Source: Candidatus Nanogingivalaceae bacterium (GTDB lineage: Bacteria; Patescibacteriota; Saccharimonadia; Saccharimonadales; Saccharimonadaceae). Taken from it: a DNA stretch of 32,000 nucleotides. The stretch is from contig CP072208.2 in assembly GCA_015257795.3 (NCBI GenBank), positions 390,001 through 422,000 on the forward strand, read 5' to 3'. The position numbers and the translations under genes were made by a program. Shown piece by piece: positions 24,772-31,747 of the stretch. The notes under the pieces were generated by a model. The model was not told the DNA's origin and searched no databases. It was given only the letters and a program-made list of their open reading frames with translations. Position 1 is the first letter of the stretch, and every line of letters starts with the position of its first letter.

Positions 24772-25470
24772 TTACATTTTTCGAACTGCTCTTAACATTA
24801 CGCGTTTATTGAAAGTGTTTTTAGCATAATCCCAGTCGCCAACACAAGTAATCATATTCAAGCCCTCTTTTTTCGGATCCATTGAATTTAACATTGTTTT
24901 CATACCAAGAGGGTTACTTTCATTGTTTATATCCTCAACAGACATCTCCCTGTTGTCGACAACTTGATAAGTTATACGTTGACCATCACCACGTTCAATA
25001 ATAATCTCAGATCCCTTTGAAAGGCTTCCTAAATTTTCAAAAATACCACCTTTCGTCGGACCACCATTATGCCCATCAATTAAAACAGCTCCTTTTCCAG
25101 CGCCAGGTAGTCCACTCTTCGTATACCATCCTGCATCATAAATCGATTTCGGAGAATCTAATTGTCCAGTATCTTTAATTGTTCCGATTTGAACAACCCT
25201 TGCATTAGATATTTTTAAGCTTGGTATCGAAAGGTATCTCGGAAAAGAGGGGTTAGGAACCTGATAGTCATCCTTTTTTTCTTGGGTAACTTCCGTTTCA
25301 TCAACCTCATAACTAGCCACGGTATGACCGGAACTTGAACTTATATCTTTCGTTTGAATAAAATTAACATAGAGATAAAAACCCGTATACCCAATCAGTA
25401 AAAGCCAACAAACACTAAGCGCGACAACAACTACTTGCCTTGATTTTTTCTTAGAGTGTTTAACTTTCAT
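24772..25470 (-). CDS. Sortase-family transpeptidase (class F-like), N-terminally membrane-anchored
   Basis: N-terminal TM segment, then LSIPSLKI...AGWY...PG..GAVLIDGH (catalytic His), ...MITCVG (catalytic Cys) and ...VMLRA (Arg). AGAGGA lies upstream, and the gene starts 9 nt after the secY stop. Confidence 0.75.
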   Translation of the reverse strand: MKVKHSKKKSRQVVVVALSVCWLLLIGYTGFYLYVNFIQTKDISSSSGHTVASYEVDETEVTQEKKDDYQVPNPSFPRYLSIPSLKISNARVVQIGTIKDTGQLDSPKSIYDAGWYTKSGLPGAGKGAVLIDGHNGGPTKGGIFENLGSLSKGSEIIIERGDGQRITYQVVDNREMSVEDINNESNPLGMKTMLNSMDPKKEGLNMITCVGDWDYAKNTFNKRVMLRAVRKM

Positions 25471-25479
25471 TTAATCCTC

Positions 25480-26886
25480 TTATTTATAGTCGTCGTACGT
25501 GACCATTAACGCTCGTGAGTTTACTTGGCGAATTGTTTCGAGAGCTACAGTCACAACAATCAAGATACCCGTTCCTCCGATAGATAGATTACTACTTTGA
25601 ATCGAAGCAAGGTTATATAATAGATAATCGGCCACGAATGGCAATAGAGCAATCAAACCAAGAGCTACTGCGCCAAATAGATTCAAACGATTAACTACTT
25701 TATTGAGGTAATTAGCAGTAGAAATTCCCGGACGAACACCTTCTATAAATCCACCTTGTTTTTGTAGATTGTCTGCAATCTCATTTGAATTAAATACGAT
25801 TGAAGTATAGAAATAAGTGAATACAACAATTAAGACGAAGTATGCCGCTGGATAAATAAACGACTCAAGAGAAGCACCTGTAAAGGTTCCTTGGTTTGGT
25901 GCCGAGAACCATTTGATAAGGTTATTTGCTAAATCAACATTAACTTTCGCATTTTTCATAACTTGACCTATAAATGCAGGCAAGCTTAAAAACGAAACAG
26001 CAAAGATCACTGGAATAACTCCCGCAACGATCAATTTAACAGGTAAAATACTTTTAATACCACCATAAGAAGAATTACCATGAACTCGTTTTGCATAATT
26101 AATAGTAATAACACGTTGAGCTTCATTAATTTTAACCAGGATATACAAAAGTATTAAACTAACTACCGCAAGAATTATTGCTACCACAAAAGTAATCCTG
26201 TTAACCGGTAGCGTAAACCATCCAAAAACACTTAGTGCACCATCTTTAGTGTCTGAAATTGAAGAAACTAAAGTAGCTAAAGTTGTTGGTAGTTGCGAAA
26301 TAATACCAGCAAAAATAACCAAAGATATACCGTTTCCAACACCTTTTTCGGTAATAATTTCGCCAATCCACATCAAAAGAACAGATCCTGTAACCATCGC
26401 CGTAACAGCAACGATCCAGTTTGTAAGACTCATTCCATTGAAGGCTGCAGAATTTGACTGAAGCACTGTAGTCTGAAGAATAAAAACATATGCAATCGAC
26501 TGAATAATCGCCAAAGGAACTGTCAAAATTCGTGTCCATTGGTTAATTTTACGACGACCAGATTCGCCATCATTATTCAACTCCTCAAGAGAAGGAATAG
26601 CCTTGGTCATCAACTGAGTAATAATAGAAGCCGTAATAAATGGGCTTAATCCAACCAGCATAATAGAAAAGCTAGTTAAAGCTCCACCTGTCAAAAGGTT
26701 AATAAATCCACCCAAATCCGTGCTTTTAATAGCCGATTCAACAACTTCCTTAAGATTCCCCGCATTAGCAAGCGGAATTGGTACGTGCGCCAAAAATCTA
26801 AAAATTACTAAAAGCCCAACCACCCCAAAAACACGCTTTTGCATGTCTCTATTTTTCATCGATTTAACTATTGTTTTCCAGTTCAT
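25480..26886 (-). CDS. secY: Preprotein translocase subunit SecY
   Basis: 468 aa, 10-TM pattern. Contains ...FRFLAHVPIP...LGGFINLLTGGAL..SIMLVGLSPFITASII.... Confidence 0.93.
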   Translation of the reverse strand: MNWKTIVKSMKNRDMQKRVFGVVGLLVIFRFLAHVPIPLANAGNLKEVVESAIKSTDLGGFINLLTGGALTSFSIMLVGLSPFITASIITQLMTKAIPSLEELNNDGESGRRKINQWTRILTVPLAIIQSIAYVFILQTTVLQSNSAAFNGMSLTNWIVAVTAMVTGSVLLMWIGEIITEKGVGNGISLVIFAGIISQLPTTLATLVSSISDTKDGALSVFGWFTLPVNRITFVVAIILAVVSLILLYILVKINEAQRVITINYAKRVHGNSSYGGIKSILPVKLIVAGVIPVIFAVSFLSLPAFIGQVMKNAKVNVDLANNLIKWFSAPNQGTFTGASLESFIYPAAYFVLIVVFTYFYTSIVFNSNEIADNLQKQGGFIEGVRPGISTANYLNKVVNRLNLFGAVALGLIALLPFVADYLLYNLASIQSSNLSIGGTGILIVVTVALETIRQVNSRALMVTYDDYK

Positions 26887-26898
26887 AGTTCTTATTTT

Positions 26899-26927
26899 AC
26901 CATACTTTCTATCTTATTTAAAGTCAA
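26899..26927 (-). promoter_or_regulatory. Candidate promoter of secY
   Basis: Minus strand reads TTGACT, a 17-nt spacer, TATGGT, then 12 nt to the ATG at 26886. Confidence 0.4.
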
Positions 26928-26930
26928 AAA

Positions 26931-27758
26931 TTATTTTATCATAAAACAGCAAATCATTACCAAAGCTAGAATAATTCGATACCAGCCAAATAGTTGAAAA
27001 TCGTGTTTTTTAAGATAGTCGGTCAAGAATCGAACAACTATCATTGAAATAATAAATGTAGCCACTAAAGCAACCATCAAATACATAATCTCACTAGACG
27101 AATACTTAAAACCGTATTTTACTATTTTTAGTGCACTCGACCCTAACATAATAGGAATCCCCATAAAGAATGAAAACTCTACAGCTATCTTACGTGAAAC
27201 TCCTGTTAATAAACCTCCAATAATCGTTGATCCACTCCTAGAAGTTCCTGGAATCAAAGCTAACATCTGATATGCACCAATTTTAGCAGCATCCCTATAT
27301 GTCATATCTTCAAATTTTTCAACTCGTGGAGAAATTCTATGAACAGCACGATATCGTTCAATCACAATAAATAATGCACCATAAATAGCCAACATTGAAG
27401 CGATAACCCACATGTTTTCGAAATGTTTTTCAATAAAACTATTCAACAACAAACCAACAACACCGGCAGGAATTGCACCGATAATTATTTTTTTCCACAA
27501 TTCAATAGTTTCATGTTTTTCGCGAGAATTTTTATGTCTATCCAAAGGATTGAGTCTTGACCAATAGATAAAAACAATCGCCATAATTGCGCCAAGCTGA
27601 ATAACAACCATAAACAGGTCTTTAAAATCTTTCGAAAAACTTAGTTTAGCGAAATGATCAAATAAAAGCATATGCCCAGTACTTGAAACTGGAAGCCACT
27701 CGGTGATTCCCTCAATAGCACTAACTATAATCACCTTTAATAATTCTATAATTTCCAT
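26931..27758 (-). CDS. uppP: Undecaprenyl-diphosphate phosphatase (BacA/UppP)
   Basis: EWLPVSSTGH near the N-terminus and PGTSRSGSTI in the second half. 275 aa. AGGATAGG lies upstream. Confidence 0.9.
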   Translation of the reverse strand: MEIIELLKVIIVSAIEGITEWLPVSSTGHMLLFDHFAKLSFSKDFKDLFMVVIQLGAIMAIVFIYWSRLNPLDRHKNSREKHETIELWKKIIIGAIPAGVVGLLLNSFIEKHFENMWVIASMLAIYGALFIVIERYRAVHRISPRVEKFEDMTYRDAAKIGAYQMLALIPGTSRSGSTIIGGLLTGVSRKIAVEFSFFMGIPIMLGSSALKIVKYGFKYSSSEIMYLMVALVATFIISMIVVRFLTDYLKKHDFQLFGWYRIILALVMICCFMIK

Positions 27759-27774
27759 AACCTATCCTATTATA

Positions 27775-27867
27775 TCACGCTTTAGCTTTCGAAATTTCTT
27801 CTTCACTTAGCAAAATACTTGAAAGCTCCGCCAAATGCTTAACTTCGTCTTTTGATATTTTTTCCAT
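27775..27867 (-). pseudogene. Truncated gatC paralogue (30 codons); possibly a leaderless upstream ORF of uppP
   Basis: My own translation: MEKISKDEVKHLAELSSILLSEEEISKAKA*. Compare GatC: MEKISKEEVKRLAELSSISLSDDEVSNL.... The nucleotide similarity to 19510-19615 (about 80-85% over about 105 nt) extends into the promoter. Confidence 0.7.
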
Positions 27868-27874
27868 ATCAACA

Positions 27875-27883
27875 AGTATATCA
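27875..27883 (-). promoter_or_regulatory. Duplicated gatC-type extended -10 promoter
   Basis: Minus strand reads TGaTATACT, then 7 nt, then the ATG at 27867. The geometry is identical to the gatC promoter. Confidence 0.5.
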
Positions 27884-27902
27884 CTTTTCGAAAGATTTTT
27901 AA

Positions 27903-27929
27903 AGTAAAAACTCCCAAAAATTGGAAGTC
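27903..27929 (-). terminator. Terminator after the 69-aa ORF
   Basis: Minus-strand hairpin ACUUCCA-auuuu-UGGGAGU (one G-U pair), followed by UUUUUAC. Confidence 0.45.
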
Positions 27930-27936
27930 TCTAAGT

Positions 27937-28146
27937 TTATTTTTTCTCAAGTTTTTCGATTCGTTGGTTCAACTCGTTTATATAATTCATTTGATTTACA
28001 TTAATTTCACCCGAAGTCTTAATATTGTTATTAATTCTTTGGTGAAGAAAAATTACTCCAGCCGAAAGAATTAAATTCCATAAGACGAGTAACGAAACTG
28101 CAATTATTCTAAAAACTTTCTTGTCTTTTTGATTAATAAATTTCAT
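27937..28146 (-). CDS. Small single-TM protein with a coiled-coil tail (69 aa)
   Basis: ORF track. AAAGGA lies 6 nt upstream. TM segment FRIIAVSLLVLWNLILSAGVIFL. Confidence 0.5.
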   Translation of the reverse strand: MKFINQKDKKVFRIIAVSLLVLWNLILSAGVIFLHQRINNNIKTSGEINVNQMNYINELNQRIEKLEKK

Positions 28147-28187
28147 AAATATCCTTTCAATTAAAATAGCTCGTCCAAAAAACTATT

Positions 28188-28542
28188 CTATTTTATGTAT
28201 ATAAAATATCCCTTATCAGGAATTTCTATAACTCTTGTAAATTCCTTAATTCCTATGCCTCCGAAAAAATTTCTATACTTCACAAAACTAGCAATAGTGA
28301 CCCTCTTAGTTCATAAACCCTAAAGTTTCTGGAAATTCCAGACAATTCCAATGTGGAATTTTGCCCAGACGAAGGAACAACAGAAAAGTTTGAAGATATA
28401 ATAACATTTCCCCAACTAGCAACTTCGTTACCTATATGAAAAGCAACCCAATCTCATATCAGCTTTAGCCGTAGAACTAAAACCAATCATACAGGCCAAA
28501 AATAATGTGATAGTTTATAATTTTGAATTTATTTTTAACCAT
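28188..28542 (-). pseudogene. Decayed gene for a small secreted protein (at least 3 frameshifts)
   Basis: An intact promoter, then GGGGTGA, then ATG, but translation stops after 21 codons (MVKNKFKIINYHIIFGLYDWF*). The other frames carry protein-like pieces: TITLFLACMIGFSSTAKAD (signal-peptide-like), DWVAFHIGNEVASWGNVIISSNFSVVPSSGQNSTLELSGISRNFRVYELRGS, and VTIASFVKYRNFFGGIGIKEFTRVIEIPDKGYFIYIK*. Confidence 0.45.
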
Positions 28543-28593
28543 TTTTTCACCCCACATTATATAAAAGTACTCCCTGGATGAGCTAATGCTATA

Positions 28594-28621
28594 ATTATAT
28601 CAACATAAAAAAGTTCGTCAA
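28594..28621 (-). promoter_or_regulatory. Promoter in front of the decayed secreted-protein gene
   Basis: Minus strand reads TTGACG (28621-28616), a 16-nt spacer, then TATAAT (28599-28594). Confidence 0.5.
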
Positions 28622-28629
28622 TAGTTTTT

Positions 28630-30606
28630 TTATTTCACCATTCTCTTTCTAATTTCCGCAATCTGATCTCGCAAATCTGCCGCCTCCTCGAAAAGCAAAT
28701 TCGCACTGGCGAGATTCATTTGGTTTGTTAAATCTTGAATCAAATTATCCCATTCTTCACGCGGAATTTTTCTTAAGTCCAGTTTTGGTCTTTTATCTTT
28801 TTGCGGAATAATTGCGCGCAAACCTTCGCTAATTTCACTCGCAACGCTTTTCGGTGTAATATTGTTTTTTAAATTATATTCTTTTTGGATTTCTCGTCGC
28901 CGATTCGTTTCGTCGATCGCAAGCTTCATTGAACGAGTTATTTTATCGGCATACATAATCACTTTTCCTTCTTCGTGCCTAGCTGCTCGCCCGATCGTTT
29001 GAATTAATGCACTTTCTGAACGCAAGAAACCTTCTTTATCCGCATCTAAAATTGCAACCAAACTAACCTCTGGCAAATCCAAACCCTCACGCAAAAGATT
29101 AATTCCAACGAGAACATCATAAGTTCCTTCGCGTAAATCACGCAAAATATCACCACGCTCCAAGGTGTCAATTTCGCTATGGATATACGCTGTTTTTATC
29201 CCGTTTTCTTCCAAAAATCCACTCAAATCTTCAGCCATCCTCTTAGTCAGAGTTGTAACCAAAACTCGCTGACCTTTCGAAATCCGTTTTTGAATTTCCT
29301 CCATTAAATCGTCAACTTGACCTTCAATTTTTCGAACTTCAATTTCAGGGTCTAATAGTCCCGTTGGACGAATAACTTGCTGAGCTGGTTTTGGTGAATG
29401 CTCAAGCTCAAAATCGCCAGGGGTTGCCGAAACATAAATCGCCTGATTAATATGTTTATAAAATTCATCAAAAGTCAAAGGTCGGTTATCAAGAGCCGAG
29501 GGTAAGCGAAAACCATTATCCACCAAAACAGTTTTACGCGCTCGGTCACCATTAAACATCCCTCGAACTTGTGGTAAAGTCATGTGCGACTCATCAACTA
29601 AAAGTAAAAAATCATCCGGAAAATAATCCAGCAAAGTTGCGGGTTGTTCACCGGGTGCGCGCTCAGTTAAATATCGCGTATAGTTTTCAATCCCTTTTAC
29701 AAATCCAGTTTCTCGAAGCATTTCAAGATCATATTTTGTACGCTGAGCTAATCGTTGCGCCTCAAGATATTTTTTATTTTTTTCGAAATATTCATATCTC
29801 GCATAAAATTCCTTCTCAATTTGTGGAATTACTCGATCGATAATTTCTTTTGGAGTAGCGTAGTGAGAATTCGGAAAAATATCAAAAAATTGCGGTTTTT
29901 CAAGAATCTCACCTGTAAGCGGATTGGTGATTGTTAGCCTATCGATTTCATCACCAAAAAATTCCACTCGCACTGCCAAATCTGATCCCGCAGTGAAAAT
30001 ATCTATCGTATCGCCACGAACTCGAAAAGTTCCGCGAGAAAAATCAACATCGTTTCGTTCATATTGAATATCTTTCAAATGCCTCAAAAATTTATCTCGA
30101 TTATAACGCATTCCGGGTTTGATATGCAACGCCATTTGCATATAGCTTGCTGGCGAACCGATACCATAAATACAGCTAACACTCGAAACAATAATCGTAT
30201 CGCTCCGAGTTAACAACGCCTCAGTTGCGGCGTGTCGAAGTTTTTCAATCTCTTCATTTATTCGCGAATCTTTTTCGATATATGTATCCGTACTTGCAAT
30301 ATAAGCTTCGGGCTGATAATAATCAAAATAGCTCACAAAATAATGAACTTCATTTTCAGGAAAAAACTTTTTAAACTCACCATAAAGCTGAGCCGCAAGA
30401 GTTTTATTGTGCGCCAGAATTAAAGTTGGTTTTTGAGTGGCTTGAATAATATTTGCCATTGTAAAAGTTTTACCCGAACCAGTTACACCCAACAAAGTTT
30501 GTTCATGCTCACCTTTCTTTAAACCCTCGACTAATTGTGAAATTGCCTGCGGTTGATCACCAGTTGGTTGATATTTTGATTTTAATTTAAACTCACGATA
30601 TTTCAT
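28630..30606 (-). CDS. uvrB: Excinuclease ABC subunit B
   Basis: [10 protein letters not shown] (Walker A), DESH box, and the C-terminal UVR motif ...[11 protein letters not shown].... 658 aa. Confidence 0.93.
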   Translation of the reverse strand: MKYREFKLKSKYQPTGDQPQAISQLVEGLKKGEHEQTLLGVTGSGKTFTMANIIQATQKPTLILAHNKTLAAQLYGEFKKFFPENEVHYFVSYFDYYQPEAYIASTDTYIEKDSRINEEIEKLRHAATEALLTRSDTIIVSSVSCIYGIGSPASYMQMALHIKPGMRYNRDKFLRHLKDIQYERNDVDFSRGTFRVRGDTIDIFTAGSDLAVRVEFFGDEIDRLTITNPLTGEILEKPQFFDIFPNSHYATPKEIIDRVIPQIEKEFYARYEYFEKNKKYLEAQRLAQRTKYDLEMLRETGFVKGIENYTRYLTERAPGEQPATLLDYFPDDFLLLVDESHMTLPQVRGMFNGDRARKTVLVDNGFRLPSALDNRPLTFDEFYKHINQAIYVSATPGDFELEHSPKPAQQVIRPTGLLDPEIEVRKIEGQVDDLMEEIQKRISKGQRVLVTTLTKRMAEDLSGFLEENGIKTAYIHSEIDTLERGDILRDLREGTYDVLVGINLLREGLDLPEVSLVAILDADKEGFLRSESALIQTIGRAARHEEGKVIMYADKITRSMKLAIDETNRRREIQKEYNLKNNITPKSVASEISEGLRAIIPQKDKRPKLDLRKIPREEWDNLIQDLTNQMNLASANLLFEEAADLRDQIAEIRKRMVK

Positions 30607-30613
30607 TATTTAT

Positions 30614-30642
30614 ATTTTATAATATATTTCATCAAAAAGCAA
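30614..30642 (-). promoter_or_regulatory. Leaderless-type promoter of uvrB
   Basis: Minus strand reads TTGCTT, a 17-nt spacer, TAAAAT, then 7 nt to the ATG at 30606. No Shine-Dalgarno. Confidence 0.45.
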
Positions 30643-30663
30643 AACCGCCCAAATTGAGCGGTT
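30631..30663 (-). terminator. Terminator after the LOG-like gene
   Basis: Hairpin AACCGC-ucaauuugg-GCGGUU, followed by UUUGCUUUUU. It overlaps the -35 of uvrB. Confidence 0.45.
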
Positions 30664-30667
30664 AGCT

Positions 30668-31276
30668 TTATCCGTTTCCAGCGCGTTTTTCTGAAAGATG
30701 GTCATCATCTCGTGGTGCAATGAAGTCTGCATTTTTTTCATCAAGTCGTGCAATCACTTTACGAACAAGCCGTTCAGGGTTATTGTCATAAATTATATCT
30801 TTCGTTCCTGGAGCTTCAACATTTTGCAAAAGTGTTGGAACGTAATCGGCAAGCGCCATACTTCCAAGCAAGACACCGCAAACTTTGCGAGATTCTAGAG
30901 CGGTTGCGAGTTCGTGAAGCGACCCCATCCGGCCGCCAACTGTAATTACCGCATCGCTTGAAAGCACCAAGTGTGTATCACGCCCAACATAGCTCATTCC
31001 CGTAAAATTAATATAATCAAAAGGCTTAAACGGCAATTTATAAGTATTCACATGTTGTCGAAAACTTGAAGCAGGCGAAAAACCAATACTCAAGCCCGTT
31101 CGACCTTTAACACTAACCGCACCCAAAGCAGCGTAGTGTGGCAAACCAACCGTTGCACCAGTTGTTAAAATCTTTCCTTGCCGAACAATCTCTTGCCCGA
31201 GTCTAAAAGCTAAATCCTTTGAAGCCATAACACTATCTCCGGTGGCAGCCCCAGAAACACAAATTTGATATCTCAT
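30668..31276 (-). CDS. LOG / TIGR00725-type (SLOG superfamily) Rossmann-fold protein, 202 aa
   Basis: QICVSGAATG...TTGATVGLPHYAALGA...SDAVITVGGRMGSLHELATAL (a GGxGTxxE-like motif). AAGGAG lies upstream. Confidence 0.6.
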   Translation of the reverse strand: MRYQICVSGAATGDSVMASKDLAFRLGQEIVRQGKILTTGATVGLPHYAALGAVSVKGRTGLSIGFSPASSFRQHVNTYKLPFKPFDYINFTGMSYVGRDTHLVLSSDAVITVGGRMGSLHELATALESRKVCGVLLGSMALADYVPTLLQNVEAPGTKDIIYDNNPERLVRKVIARLDEKNADFIAPRDDDHLSEKRAGNG

Positions 31277-31286
31277 TTTTCTCCTT

Positions 31287-31745
31287 TTAAAATATTTTTT
31301 CTTCTAGTTGTTTTTTTGAATAATTTGAAAATACTTTTTGGTATTTTTCTAAGATTTCTACTTTTAAAGCTTCTTGAAAATTTTCGAAAACCAACTTATC
31401 GGTATTTTTAAATTCTTTTTTTGAATTCAACTCAACATCTTTTTTATTCACCGAAACAAAACCGTCTTCGGTAAATATCACCGACGTTTCATTCTTCTTC
31501 CAAAAATCATCATTATTAAGCTTATTTTTTAAAGCCGAAATTGCTTCTACATTCAAAACATCACTCTGTAAAAAACCCAATTCCTGTTCTAAATCACGCG
31601 ATTTTTTATACAAGTTTGCCATAATCTGCGCTGAAACGCTTTTTGTTTGTGGCTTTTTAGACTCTAAACTAGTTATTTCATAATTAAACCTTCGCGCATA
31701 AGCACCTTTTAAACCTAAAAGCTCTGAAAGTTTATAAGTTTTCAT
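31287..31745 (-). CDS. Hypothetical protein (about 152 aa), no recognisable family
   Basis: ORF track 31287-31751. I prefer the ATG at 31745: GGAGGAG lies 8 nt upstream, and it sits 2 nt after the stop of the kinase gene. Confidence 0.55.
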   Translation of the reverse strand: MKTYKLSELLGLKGAYARRFNYEITSLESKKPQTKSVSAQIMANLYKKSRDLEQELGFLQSDVLNVEAISALKNKLNNDDFWKKNETSVIFTEDGFVSVNKKDVELNSKKEFKNTDKLVFENFQEALKVEILEKYQKVFSNYSKKQLEEKIF

Positions 31746-31747
31746 TA

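Noticed and set aside
26246-26539. ORFs inside secY on both strands (26246-26539 minus, 26249-26461 plus, 26720-26944 plus)
   Set aside because: They are shadow frames of secY. The Cys/Tyr/Trp-rich translation is not protein-like.
28360-28385. CCAGACGAAGGAACAACAG resembling the SRP-RNA domain IV motif (GGAAGGAAGCAGC)
   Set aside because: There is no closing helix or GNAR tetraloop pairing, and no complementary 3' strand nearby. The similarity is limited to an AAGGAA core.
28147-28629. Alternative genetic code (for example UGA=Gly, as in some CPR lineages) to rescue the broken gene
   Set aside because: The interruptions include TAG and TAA as well as TGA. All other genes in the window read through cleanly with the standard code and use TGA as a stop (for example at the 137-aa ORF/gatB junction).
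30668-31276. Higher GC (about 47-60% in sampled lines) of the LOG-like gene as evidence of horizontal transfer
   Set aside because: Ribosomal protein genes in the same window reach similar GC (for example rpsM). GC here tracks conservation or expression rather than foreign origin, so this is not decisive without genome-wide statistics.
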